This document shows positions 48,555-62,145 of a DNA stretch of 64,000 nucleotides, in pieces; position 1 is the stretch's first letter; each line of letters starts with the position of its first letter. Both the position numbers and the translations under genes were made by a program. Source of the stretch: Amphiscolops sp. MND2022 (taxonomy: Eukaryota); contig OZ076420.1 in the NCBI GenBank assembly GCA_964187785.1, positions 25,482,001-25,546,000 of the forward strand, given 5' to 3'. The notes under the pieces were generated by a model, which saw nothing but the letters and a program-made list of their open reading frames with translations, was not told the DNA's origin and ran no database searches.

Positions 48555-51398
48555 GCTGTAAACGTAGGACTGGACTCAAAACTGATTACACAATTCCACG
48601 TATAGCCAGGTACACAGCAAAGAGCACCAATTGGGGCTCGTCGATTGGGCAAGACATCGATCTGTAACAGGCGTTCAGTATCACCGTGTCTCAATTGTCA
48701 CGGTTTGCCACATGCAATCAAAGTCTCTCATCCACCGTGTTTAGCTCGCGAGCTCACTTTGTCAGCAACTCTGCGCCAAATGACATGTGATAACAATGGT
48801 TCAGAGCAATGTAGTCACAATTTTCCAATAAGGTACGCCGATAGCTCCCAAAAATGGTCCAACTCGTCACAATATACAGGATGTCACAACTGTAAGTAAC
48901 AAAATGATGTGGTCCAGTAGGTCAGTTCACTCGATACAGTCCAAAGTTCACACAAAAAGCAAAATATTCACGAATAGGAGTCCACACTGTGAGTTTCCGC
49001 AGGTACCCAGCACGTAATTGTGTGTTTCACAGCCAATTTCCCAATTTTCGTCTCGGTGAAACCTTAAACTTTAATCCTTAAAATGGATGTGCACGCCCAA
49101 AATGATGTGTCAGATGTGTCGAAACTGCTTCCAAGGGTTGTAGCGCGCCGAAAAGTATACAACACTTCAAGACTGATGCACTGATCCAGAAAATGAGTCC
49201 AGAATTGGGATATTGTGCTCCAGTCACCAGTCAGAGGTTTTCTTAGTTTTTTTTTGGTTTTTCGTATTCACTTGAAAAAAAAACGTAAACGGCTAGCGCT
49301 GACGCTACAAACGTAGGATCAACCTCAAAATCTGCCACACAATCTCACGTATGGTGAGATACACGAGAATAAGCGCCGATGTGGGATGGGGTGACTAGGT
49401 AAAGTTACAACACGGTACAGACGTTGTCAACCAAGACCCCGGTCTACGGCGAAGAGCTCTAAATCTCGTTTTTTGGCAACGATACAACAACTGGCACTGG
49501 TTACAATGGTGGGCAGCAATTTGGACCCACCTTTTGCCTAATGTGTTCAGACTATTTCAAAAAAACATCGAAAAAATTTACCTTTTTGCACCTTTTTTTG
49601 TGCAGTACATTTCCGTCAATTTCTCAACAGCTACTGAACCAATCAACACAAAAATTGACAGGCACTGCTTTGTTGCGATTCCGACTAGGTACAGACACTA
49701 TTTCTGAAAAAACGGTGGTTTTTTACACTTTTTTTTACAAATTAGCTAAGAGGGTCACTCTAAGGAATGTTACGGCAGGCAGAATAGAGCTAATGCGTTG
49801 CCTCACTAGCCGTAGCACTGGAAGAATCCCACAATTAGCTGTGCCCGTTAGGTATGAGGCACTGTCGGTCCTGTAGTTTTGGGAAATTTTGGTAGCTTTC
49901 ACGTTTTCTGATATCAAAACCTCAGAGAGTTTTCTCAATTTTGGTAAACGCTAAGCTCGCCAAATTTTCTGGGCAAACGTTAGTTTTGGCGGCGGTTGCG
50001 AAAAAGCAATCGTTTTTCAGGTAGGGTCTTGATATCAATTACCCGACCCTACTTTTGGGACAGTCCGGATTCATGAGAAAATGGGTATTTTAGTGTGTTT
50101 TCCAACTTTTCTGAGCTTTGAAAAGGAATTTTTGACGCAGTTTTCTCCGTTACACGTTGTTTTTACTTTGTAAACAGAAAATGAGAACTCTTGAGATATT
50201 AGCTAACAAAAAAGAGTGAGTGCCCCAAAAGTTTTAATGATGTACTTGACCACTGATGAAACTAGTCAAAAATCAAGGTTTTATAATTTTTTCCCGCCAA
50301 GAAAATGATAAAAACTTGCTCAAACGTTGTTTTCTGTGCCATGAAGTGTGACCCAAACCTGTAGCAGCACAGGGGAGGCGATTACTTTACAATACAACAA
50401 TCCCCCAGTGACAGTTTCTAGTGATTTTTGGCAAAATCACAAAAAGACGGGTTTTGTCCAAACAAACTGCGTCAAAAAAAGCTCAAACGGTTTTTCTGGT
50501 TATCGTAGCATTGTGTATCAAACCTCTCGAAGTCTTGAGCTACTTTTAATTCATTTTTACAACTGCTTTGGTTAATACCCAGAGCGCTTGCGCTCGTACC
50601 AAGGAAAGTGTCAAAAAAGCCAAAAAATGACGTTTTGCAACTTTTGGCCTGAAAATTGCACTTTTTTCACTGAAAACAGAAGCAAAAGCAGACATTGAGT
50701 TGCAACAGGGAACAAATAACATGCCCAAATGATTCCCCATGAAAAAATACGCAATCAAAAAATGTTTTCATACCATACTCCAAAAAACTGAATTTTCCGG
50801 AATGAGGGGTGGTACCTTCGACGTTTTTTTCTCAACACCCAGATCAGTTAGAGAGAAACGGTTTGAACCGTCGGCAACGTCAGCACCTGTTCTATTGTTT
50901 CATCAAATTCCATCTTTCTATGACGTCTGTAGCAGAAATGGGAAAAGAGAATCGGGGACACTCGTTTCAGCTCATCAATCAGTCAGATGGAGTATGGCGC
51001 ATCCATCAGTTCCACGTCTCGTACATAATCGCAAATCAATGAAAACAGCTAAAAAATTCCTGTTAACACCACTATTGTCCACTACGCTTCTAAAAAGAGG
51101 ACCGCTGATGGAAACTTTGCAATTTTAGATGATACCTGTCAACAAATACATTTCACTAAAAAATCATTGGTATTCGGAGAAGTCCCCTGAAAAACGGACA
51201 GAATCACTACCACAGGATACCTGTCGAAACATCAACCTGTAAAAAATGAAGGAAAAACTCTGCGTAATTATCTCCAACCAGAGCTAGGTCGTACTTGGCG
51301 TCAACCAGCAGAGACCCAGTTAAAGGACCCAGACCATTAAGGGAAGCGCTCCAAGACGACACCCTTCCCTCTGTGGTCTCCATAAAATGTTGTCTCTA

Positions 51399-52146
51399 TG
51401 TAACGACAAGCTCACGCAATTGTCGTCATCTCGTCAAAGAGAAAGAGCAACCTATGACATGGGTCTTTGCCAGGACCATCGCCCATACCCATAGGCCCAT
51501 TTTGCCTCCTGGGTAAAAGTTGTCCCGTCAGGAGGGGTAATCGTCTCTTAAGGAGCCCTCGCCAGCTTTGCCCAGTCTTTTATTGCTAACAATAACGGGC
51601 ATTTTGCTTTGTCGTCGGAATCACCGCTTAGTTAGCCTTTAAAAACATTCCGAAAGGAAGTATAAATGTAAAATTCGCCATTCAGGGTGACTTGGGGAAT
51701 AATATCTAAAATTGCTAAGTAGCCATAAACTCACAACAAAATGCAACAATCTCGTCTATTACAAGTATTTGGCAAAGTTCACGTTCAGCTCGCAAGCTGG
51801 GGCACCACGGACACAGATTCGCGAACTAGACGGAAAGACTAATCTTTACGGTTTTTGCTATTTAAAGTAGCATACTGCTGTAATCAAGGTTAGCACCTGT
51901 GAAAGAGTCTATTTTCAGCGCTTTTTCCATCTCTGGCGTCTGTTCTGGCGGTTGCTTTTATGGTTTTGCTCGTTCTTGCTCTTTGTTGTCAAAATACTAG
52001 CCAATTTTGTAGAAACAGCCAAAAGAGCAATCACATGCTCAGTGCCACGTCGAAGATCGAATTAGAATTTTTCAAAAATTTTCCGGTCACGTCCATACTA
52101 AATTCCAATATCGACTGAATCTGTTGTACCAGAGGATGCCGCTACA
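51399..52146 (-). repeat. 5' LTR of element C
   Basis: Direct repeat of 43613-44365 with a PBS-like motif 16 nt inside. Confidence 0.85.
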
Positions 52147-52423
52147 ACACGTCGTGCATTTTTCGACATTTGACTTTCAGATGCCATCATCGATGTGATC
52201 TTGAGTTTTTACGTGCAATTGAAATACACCTTTTTCCTTTGCGTTTCCATCCCTGTTGCTTGAACTTTTCACATGCTGCTCGGAAACATGCCGGCTAATT
52301 TTTTTACAGGGAAAATTCAGCGAGCATGCATGGAAAAATTTCTAAACTTTCCAAGCGGTTTGTAAAATGGTTAAAGCATATCCATGCACTTTGAAAACTT
52401 TTCCACGTAGTTTACAAAACTTC

Positions 52424-53115
52424 TGTAACGGCAAGCGCTAAGCGTTTCTGACATGAAGATAGACTTTAGGAACTGGTACCATTGATATGGTCAAGGACAA
52501 ATCACCATGACACCAGCTCATTTTAGCCTCCGAAGGGTTGCCGGTCCCGAGGAGGGGGAACCGTCTTGAAGGATGCTCTCCGGCCTGAGTACAGTCTGTA
52601 ACTGCTGAGAATACCGGGCATTATGCTTTTTGCTCTTCACAACCACCGTTTAGACAGCCTTTAAAAACCATGCCATTTATAAACTGTTCAAAATTCCAAT
52701 TCCAGGGTGACATGGGAATAAGGTCTAAAATGGTGAATAGTATCTACACTGCCAAAACTAGCGCTGGAACTAGCTAAAACCAGTGACAATTCATGAGAAC
52801 AGGCACGAATATGGCAAACCACACAGCTACAAGCTGGGGCGCAGGGACTCCAAGCATCAAACAAAGATAATTAGGCGAAAAGACACATTTTCCGCTTCTT
52901 GCTACTTTGGGTAGCATATTGCTGAAAACCGGGGTTAGCACCCCAAAACGAGTCTATCTATGAGTTTTCAAATAGCTTATCCGCGATTGCCTCGTCTTCT
53001 GAACAGTTTTTTTGACAGGTACTTTGACCAAAACATGCTCAATTTGCCACGTCAGATTTGAACGGATTTTTGGTCGATTTTTTGAAATTTCGTTGTTCCA
53101 CAGGGATTCGTTACA
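52424..53115 (-). repeat. 3' LTR of element D
   Basis: Direct repeat of 61121-61851; distantly similar to the LTRs of C (cagggtgac.tgggaata, caagctgggg, ggttagcacc). Confidence 0.85.
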
Positions 53116-54067
53116 TCACTCCTCGAGCATTAGACATGACGACATATCTCCACATCATCATTGCAATCCACTGGGAATTCAAAATGATGTTTTGCAAGCT
53201 GAAGGGTCCAGTGGCATTGTCATCTTTCACTGTTTGGGCAACCTTGAGGTCTTGCTTCTTGCCATCTACAGAGCTTGCATCGTCCACAAACTGTTGAAAC
53301 AGAGCTAGCCCTCGAGCTAGAAAACAAGGACTCAAAATTGCACCTTGAAATTGATCAAATCCAAAAAAAGCACCAATTTGTTAGGACAAGTTTTCTGCAC
53401 CATAAATGACTAGGATCTTGCTAGCACTTTTTGGACGTTTAAAATTTCTTTTACGGAGCCCGTGAGCTCCAAGCTTCAAAACGCACGTGGCTCTCATCAG
53501 AAATTTCTTTTCCACGGCAGTAAAATTCCAGTGTGCAGACAGTTGAAGATGTTCTTGATAAAACTTCTAAGCGGAAAAACCACTGTTTAAGAGGAAGACA
53601 AGCTGTTTTTTGATATTTTTTTTGTTGACAGTCCAGCTTATGGCAACGCGCACTGATGTGCATCTCCACACCTGTAACGAGTTCAGTAGCATCTGATAAA
53701 GAGCGCATCAAAAGCAAACTACGAACTGCTCGTATGTGTGAGCAACGGAATGAAGTAGGTATAGATAGACAAAATTCTGCAATTCAGACATCCGGAGCGC
53801 GCGAGCTCCGCATTTTTTGGGTATCACGTTGAAACTTGGAGGAAAAACTGCTGGAAACCTTAGAAAACTTACATAAAAACAAAAAAGCACATTTCGAGCG
53901 AAGCAATACCTGTAGAAATTTTGGGTTACGTTTTGCATTAACAGAATTATTTTAATTCAAACTTCTCTAATAAAACTAGAAACAGAAATGTCGCGACGTA
54001 CGTTCACATGACTAGTATTGAAGTCTTTAGAAATAAAGTTGCAGAAAAAACTGCTCGAAAAAGAACA

Positions 54068-56400
54068 TCACGATACAAGATGTCCATCACCAAACATAGT
54101 GACATCCTCCAGGCGTTGTCCAAAAAAGTCGCTGAGTATAGGCTTGTTGTTATCCTCAACTGGGCCTTCCCGGGTTTTAGTTGACTTCCCAGGCCATAGT
54201 CGTTGAGCACCCTCTTTCACATGAGGATAGCAGGAATTAGACCGAAGATGATGCCCAAAACGTAAAATGCAGAAGGAGAAATTGGGTCTCGGCCACGAAC
54301 TGTGATAGTTGTTCGGAAGGCGGCCACGCCTATGTCCTTTCAGTCGGTGTGACCAAGGTAGTAGAAGGGTTTCCGCTGCTGAGCGTGGTGGAAGACCGCG
54401 ACGACGTCCATCACAAAAAAATGGCTGCACTTTTTGTCATGAGTGTTCAACAGAAGTGCGCTGTGATCGACCACGTCTATGTCCAGCTGGTTGAGTTTTA
54501 CCAGCTGAACCACCAGGCACCCACGTGATAAAGATCGGTGGGTCTGCCAAAATGAAATCCTGCAGACCATGCTAGGCAGAACGTGGCTCTATAGATTCAT
54601 TCAAAAAATCCGGCAGCAACTTCGAAGTTGATAATAGGGACTTTGTTCCCGGGATGTGAGAGTTGCAAATGGGATCCATTGAAGTTTTCGATTAGTGGTT
54701 TTGAAGGAGGTTTGGTGTTGACGCAGTTTTAGGTTCACTCCGGCATTGGTATATAGACTTCTCACTCCGCAAATTGCTGTAGAGCAAGAATTAGGTGTTG
54801 AGGGTACCCTTTCCGGATTCATTGATGAAGTTGAGTGCAATGTTGTTATCAGTTCATTTTCTCGTATCACTTGAGCAGGGATTGATCTCGAGCAATTCAT
54901 AATCGACGGTGTGATGTATGGGTAACCTATCAGCGATGCCCGTGGTTGTAGTGTCCGAAAACATTGGGTCTACCCCCATGCCTTTTGTACGCGGTGTCTT
55001 TGATTATACTTCGGCGTCGTTTGGAATACTGATAGCGGCATTTTTGACGTGTACTGCTGCAATTATCGACTGCAATTGCGCTAGCGATCGAGCTAGCAAT
55101 TTCACTTTGCGTAAATTGCTTCGTGCTAGCACGACTGAGATCTCATCTGCTGCTCTAGAGTCTATAGCTTTGGGTTCAGTACCTGATAAGTCTGAATACT
55201 GGTACCACTGGGGAAGGACCTTTTCGTCGACAACGATACTGAACAAGGACACAAGTTCCTTCTCTGGCTCGGTGAAGCCCGAGTTACCTGTCATTGAGTT
55301 TAGAAAGTCATAGACAACATTGAAACTGCTCTCCAAGGGCCAGTATTTCACATTCAGATCCTCTGATTTCGTTGAACGGTCATGTTTATTAACCATTTGA
55401 GATACATTTTCTGCAATCAAAACTGGTTCATTGTTTGGTAGGGCTGCATTGACACCCTCCCCCCTCTTGCAAAAGGAGTGGAGGCGGTCTAGGACTTTCC
55501 ACAAATTCATTTCAGCTTCAGGTTCAAAGAGCTTCACTAGAACTAGTTTTGTACCCAAAATTAGTCTCAGGGTTTCAGTCAAGATAAATTCTAGCAGTCA
55601 CAGCGTGCTGAAAATTGCTCCACTTGTTTCACGATATGCATCGGGCTGGAAAATTGTGCGCTTGAGCACAATGCTGCGGTAGTGTTGGATAATGTAAACG
55701 AAACAAACAGTCGAGCTGTCTATTGACCTCTCGACCTCAATGAATTTGGGTGTGTTTCATTTACCTAAAAGTGTTCTCTGCAAAGCTGAAGTGATATTCG
55801 GCGCTTTTGCGACTTGCCACTTCACAATAACACCAAATTGGTGTTCTGAAGGGGTCATAAAAGTTTCACACTTGGGAAGTTTGGTCAAATTTTTGTCGTT
55901 AGGAGGTGACTCTTCTCAAAATCTTGTAATTTTCGTTAAGTCGGATCCCTCAGAGTTGTTCATAGATGTTCAAGGACCTGGTCAGGCACTCAACGTATTG
56001 CCTAGAGTTGTTCTTTTCAAAAGCATTGAGTCCGAAGTGCGTCGCAGTCACTTAAACCTCCGATTGAGACTTTATCAGGATCAACTTTCAAAGTACCAGT
56101 CGAAGCAAAATTTATGATCCCTGCCGGGAACTTTTTCGAACCATAGGATTCGCTTTGTTTGCACGCCGGAAGGCCTACCAGGTCCCTTCAATTGGAAAAC
56201 GAAAGGCTTTTGTCTTCGCTTTTCTGATAGTGACCAAGCACAGTCAAAACGAGTTTTATCTGTCGTACTGGGTAGAAAACGACCTCCCGAAGCTGATTAA
56301 CTCCTCCAGCTACAACCTAGAGTCTTTTCACCAATTTTTTGAACTTTTCAATTTTTTGAAAAATACGCAAGTGCCATGTACGAACACTGGAAACGTAGGA
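54068..56400 (-). pseudogene. Long decayed coding region of element D, homologous to that of C
   Basis: One frame with scattered stops runs ~55900-54430 through ORF 55004-55582. Shared peptides with C include DLVGLP.CK.S.SYGSKK, TVC..YIIQ, GTKSLLSTS.LLP and HRRGR. Confidence 0.7.
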
Positions 56401-59400
56401 TCGAGCTCAAAATTAGCCACCCGATCCCAGATATAGCCAGATACACTGCAATAAGCACCAATAGGGGTTCAGACTTTGGATGAGTTTCAGATGCTGTACA
56501 GGCTTTCCGTATCACCGGGTCTCAATTGACATGATTTTGAACACGTTCCATCAAAGATTCTCGTCCAGAGTGTTAAGCTCGCAAGCTCACTTTTTCAGCA
56601 ACGGTGCACCAAGTGTCACTGCTAACAAAAATTGAAAGCAATGTAGTCCCAGCTTTGCAATGAAATTTGTCGATAATTCCCAAAAATGGTCAAATCGTTA
56701 CATTACACTGGATATCACAACCGTAAGTAACAAAATGCTATGATCCAGCAAAGCAGCACACTCGACACTGGCCACAATTCGCACGTCCACCAATGAATTC
56801 ACGAATAGGAGTTCACACTACGGAGTTTTCCACAGGTTTTCAATACGTAGGGCTGTGTTTTACCCCACTTTCACAGTTTTCGTCTGGGGAAACCTTAAGT
56901 CAAAATCACGATATGCAAGTCTCAAAATTACGAGAAACATCCCGACAAAGTGGATTGCAGTCACGCAGCGTAATCTGTTGATTCCCTAGAATGGTCAATC
57001 AGCGTAAGTTAGTCAAGACGGTCTATGCATGGACGGTGTAGTTGAGTCAACGCACGTAATGGAAAATAGTGTAAACTAGTCAAGGCGCGTAGTTAGTGGA
57101 AAGTGGAAGGTAGTCCCAAAATACACTTTTCCGTAATTCAGTCAAATTTTGACTAACTTCCACTTTTTGCAACTATAGCGCTCTGCAGTTTGCATAAAAT
57201 GGAAAATGGTCAAAGTGTGACTAACTTACACCATGTTAATATCCATTCAAAATTCAGTGTTCATTTTAAATCCAATTCATACCACCACATCGTAAAACAG
57301 TCAAGTTAAACAATCATTCATTAATTATTTAGTTATCATTACCAAGCAGTGCAGTACATATTACGTATAAACTGCATTGCGCATGTATTTTATCCATAAA
57401 ATTTACGTGCAGATAATCATATAAGTAGATATAGGATGTTCCTCGAAGCTACTAATTAGTATTATTACCTTAGAGTACTAATTTGATGAAAGTATGTTCG
57501 TTCGTCCGTTTGTATGTTTCTTCATTACACCCTTCTTCGTTTTTGTGGACCTTTAGCCTTAAGTTGACCAGGAAAATTTTAGATCTACCCAAAAATCGTG
57601 TGTTTGAACCTCATTATCTCCTCCTAAACTACTCAAGTCCGACAAACGATTTATAGAGCTTTCGGAAGAGGAGCATCAGGGCTTTCGAAGGAATTTTTAA
57701 ACTGCTGGGCTCGGGGACGCACTAGCTCCAGACTTTGCGCCAGAACTTTACACGCGTCGGGTCTCTGATTGCTTTTCAGAATGTTTCAAAACATGCTGGG
57801 GCCGCTTTGAACCAATGTTGATACCAGTGGGATTAAAGGGCCTAAACAAAACTGGAAAAAGGGAAAAGCTGCATTCAATCTCTTTTGAGTTTTTGGTCCC
57901 AATTTCTGGATTTCAGAGACATCACTTCAATATTCCGTGAAAAGGCGCCGAATGCTATGCAATATCGTCTGAAAAAAAATATTCAAGAGTTTTCTTTACC
58001 ATACACTCAGCTGGTGCGTTTAGAATCTGTACAAACTAAATGTGCCAAAATCGCCACAGTAGTCAAGTTAAGGTAATTACATTGAAAAAAGTCTTTTTGA
58101 TATTCTCTTAGAGAACGAGCTGTATTACCGAAATAAAGAACCAATAGGTTAAAATTGTTTCTTTGAACTGACTTATGTACTGTTGAATTTTGAAAAATTT
58201 TTTCTCGTGTACTTTTGGGTCGTGCTCAGTTGTGACTCACAAAAAAAGATCACAAACAGTACTGGTTATTGTGAATGTAAAAAAAACAAGATAAGCAAAA
58301 AGTTTGCCAAACAACATTTTAACTCAAGGCATCAGTTGTTTTGAAGATTTTTTGGGTTCTACGTACCTGTTCTGACATGTTTGTAAGTATACCGACTACT
58401 TTGTTGAAATTGATATGTCTAATTGTTCAAATTGAAATCAGAAGCAAATGGATTTTTCCGGAAATCAAAATCCTTTTAAGTACTCAGTAAGAATCGTGAA
58501 ATTATGAATTGAACATATTCATCCGCTGTATGCAAATCGAACAGTGTAATTATAAATCGACTTGTGTAGTTATCAGAACAACCTGTTATTACCAGAACTT
58601 ACTGTAACCTCCGCTGGTGTAAACTGGCCAATTTACGAAGCTGTATCAACTAGTTTAATTACTTATCAATGCGTGTAATGAGTGACAAGTGTAAATCCTC
58701 CAAATATATATTCGCGCTCTGATTGGACAAAAATCGAACTAGCAGGATCCTGCTAGTTCGTTGCGGGAAGTGTCTCGTAATGAAATTGGTCGAAATCACT
58801 TCTTTGGGCTGTGGCGAGTTCAAGATCACTCAAGCGGTTGTTACCAACCCTTAAGCACAGAAAATGAGCTTAGAGCAGAGCTCAATTTTTGCTGAGACAT
58901 GCACGAGACGTATACAACAAACTTCGAACTCTCCCAGAATTTACAAAAAACTACAAGTGGCTCGTTTTTATCACTGAAGAATCGAATCGGATTGGGCTCA
59001 AAATTGACCAGGGGAACCTGCACGCACGTAGGATTACGGAATTGAGCCGTGATTTGGAACCGAGGCATCTACACTGCTTCGCCTCGGTAAAGACGTGCGG
59101 TACGCCAATGTATCAGTTGGCGCCAAATTCCACACTTATCATACAATTGCCAAGTACCGGTATGAGTTAGCGACTCGGTTTTCTTGCTAACAGTGCACCA
59201 ACTAGCAAAAATTACGTCAGTTGGCTGGAATTTGTCCCCACTTCTCGGCTAAGATGTTTGGGCAGTTGCAAAAAGTTTCAACAACCTTGCATTTTCGCAC
59301 GTCTTTTTGTGCATTACGTTTTTGCCAATTTTCCGACAAACATTGCTCCAATCGGCACGAAACATGGTAGGCGCTGCCAGTGCGCACCCACAATGCTGGG

Positions 59401-61120
59401 TTCAGTGGTTCGATAGAAGCCGGAAAGCTTAACTGGAATTCCGACCGATTACAGACTCGATCTTACCAAAAATAGTTTTTTTGTTACTTTTTTTCGCAAA
59501 TTGGCCGAAAGGGTCGACACTGGTCACAGGTCACAATACTGCCACAAACCCTCAATTAGCTGTGCCCGTCAGGTATAAGGCACTATCGGTCCTACAGTTT
59601 TGGCTAACTTCGGCAGTGTCAGCTCTTTCTGGTTTCAAAACGTCAAAGAGTTTTTCTCGACATTGATTAGCCCTAGGCTCACCAAATTTTCGGTACTAAC
59701 GTTTGTTTTACTGGTAATTACGAATAAGTAACCACTTTTTTTAGCTTGGTTTGGGAATTAATGACCCGATCGTAACTATTAGACAGTCCGGGTTTGTGGA
59801 AGTTTGATCAAATTTATTGCGTTTTTCCCTGTTTCTCTGCACTGGATAAGAATTTTTACATGCAGTTTTCACCACCACATGGTTTTTTACTATATATAAA
59901 AAAAGAAAATGAAAACGTGTATCTTCCCCATAACACGAAAACACTAAGTGCCCTAGAGGTTTTAATGATGCACACTGGCACTCATGAAACTGGCGGAAAA
60001 TCAAGGTTTTTCGACCTCTCATCACTAAGGAAACGTTACAAACCCTTCTAAATTCTGTTTTTGGTACTCTAGAGTAGGTGCCAAATTGACAGCAGCATAG
60101 GAGAGTTAATTACATCATTATCTGGCACTCTCCCAGTAGCTCTTCGTGGTGGTATTTTTTGCCATTTTTGCCAGAAAACCGGTTTTTTTTCATACAAATT
60201 GCGTCTCAAAAAGAACTTCAACGACCTTTTCAGTAATCATTTCACTATGTAGCAGAAGTCTTGAAGTTTTGAGCTGCTTTCCATCTGTTTTTGCAGCTTC
60301 TGTCGTTGACATCTGGTGCGCTCGAGCTCGAACAAAAAAACCACTGAAAAATCCAAAAAATGACGTTTTCACTATTTTTGCAGCCATAATTAAACTTATC
60401 TCACTGAAAACAGCTGCAAAAGCACCCACAAATTTGCGACAGGGCAAAACTAGCATGAACAAACAATTCCCCGAAAAAATACGCAACTGAAATGTTCTTC
60501 ATATCATACTACAAAAAGCTGATACTTCTGGAGTGTGAGGTTTTTTTCTGAACCCCTAGACCAGATAGACAGAAACGGTTTGGACCGTCGGCAACGTCAG
60601 CAGCACTGGTTCTACTTTTCCAACAAATCCCATTTTTTTTACGTCTGTAGCAGAAATGGGAAAAGAGAGTCTGGAACACTCGTTGCAGCTCATCCATTGG
60701 TCAGATTGAATATGGCGCATGTATCAATTGAATACCTCGTAAATGGCCAAAACCACTGAAGAAAGCTGCAAAACACTTGTTACGTCACGTGTAATGGCTT
60801 TTTAGCAATTCGCCCATTCCTAGCGATTTGCCAAGCGAATACAAAGGTACCCGCTGATGGAAACGTGCAATTTTACACCATACCTGTCAACAAATACGTT
60901 TTTGAAGAACAAACTACAGGTATTCGGAAAAATCCTCGAAATACAGGAAACTACTAGCAAAGAATATCTTATCGTCTAAAAAGAAAGGGGAAACTCTGGG
61001 TAAACATCTCTTGCGAGAGCCAAATCGTTTTTGGCGTCAAACACAAGAGGGCCGAAAATTTTAAAACCATGAAGGAAAGCTTTCCAAGACGATGCCTCTG
61101 TGGTCGCTAAAAAATGAGGT

Positions 61121-61851
61121 TGTAACGGCAAGCGCTAAGCGTTTGGGATGTGACGAGAGAGTGGAGGAACTGTTACCATGGATATGATCCGAGACAAACT
61201 ACCATGACACCAGCTCATTTTAGCATCCCAAGGATTGCCGGTCTGGGCCGTCTTGAAGGATGCTTTCCGGCCTAAGTACAGTCTGTAACTGCTGAGAATA
61301 ACTTGCATTATGCTTTTTGCTCTTCGCAACCACTGTTTAGACAGCCTTTAAAAACAATGCCAATTACAAACAGTGTAAACTTCCAATTCCAGGGTGACAT
61401 GGGAATGAGGTCTAAAATGGTGAATTGTATCTACACTGCCAAAACTAGAGCTGGAACTTGCTAAAACCAGTGAAAATACGTGAGAACAGGCACGAATATA
61501 GCAAACCACACAGGTACAAGCTGGGGTGCAGGGACTCCAAGCACCAAATAAGGATAATTAAGCGGAACAACTCATTTTCCAGTTCTTGCTACATTGGGTA
61601 GCATCAATCTGGAAATGGGTAAAAACAGGGGTTAGCTTCTCAAAAAGAGTCTATCTATAAGTTTTCAAAGCGCTCAGGCTTCTTCACAATCCGTGTTCCC
61701 GCTCGGTTGTCTATGCGGACGGCTGCCTTGTCTTCTGAACTGCTTTTTTGACAGTGACTTCGGCCAAAAAATGCTCAGTTTGCCACGTCAGATTTGCACG
61801 AGGTTTTGGTCGATTTTTTGAAGTTTGGTTGTACCACAGGGTTCTGTTACA
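61121..61851 (-). repeat. 5' LTR of element D
   Basis: Direct repeat of 52424-53115. Confidence 0.85.
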
Positions 61852-62145
61852 ATTTTTTGAAAAGGAAGCAAGAAAACGAAGGCTCCGATTGATCACAAGC
61901 CTGGAACAACTTTGGAAAACTTATTCAACCGTCGCTGTTCATCTTGACACCTAGTGTACTTCGTGAAAAAGTCAATCCAATGGGAACATTAAGAAACATA
62001 CAAAAGATCAAATGAATCAAATAAACAAAAGGAGACAAATTAACACAAAAAAGACAAATACTAAGCATTGAACTTTTTTGTCAAATCATACGAAGTTGCT
62101 TAGGTCAAAACGAGTTCGTAGCTACAGAAGTCTGCGAAACAAAAT

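Larger units (their letters stand above)
43613..52146 (-). mobile_element. Full-length non-autonomous LTR element C (8.5 kb), no pol
   Basis: Direct repeats 43613-44365 and 51399-52146 (TGTAAC...GTTATA/GCTACA, roughly 85% identical). PBS-like TGGAGACCACAGAGGG at 51382-51367 (-) and purine-rich gggtagtga before the 3' LTR. Possible decayed TSD ccaca/acacg. Confidence 0.85.
52424..61851 (-). mobile_element. Full-length non-autonomous LTR element D (9.4 kb), sister family of C, no pol
   Basis: Direct repeats 52424-53115 and 61121-61851 (TGTAAC...GTTACA). PBS-like TAGCGACCACAGAGG at 61109-61095 (-) and PPT-like GAGGAGTGA before the 3' LTR. Flanks acttc/atttt fit a 5-bp TSD with two C>T changes. 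Confidence 0.85.

Noticed and set aside
49540-51398. ORFs in the 5' internal region of C and D (50739-51128, 60146-60490, 60535-60759)
   Set aside because: DNA similarity between the elements shifts frames repeatedly, so this looks like conserved leader sequence rather than protein.
53215-53235. In-frame TGA shared by C and D in the Cys-rich segment (CPNSxR*QCH) as possible selenocysteine
   Set aside because: The alternative frame (VAQTxKDD) is also conserved, the true frame is unresolved and I could not identify a SECIS.
43613-61851. DIRS, Penelope or Polinton identity for elements C and D
   Set aside because: The termini are plain direct LTRs with TG..CA ends; no tyrosine recombinase, GIY-YIG, RT or pPolB motifs found.
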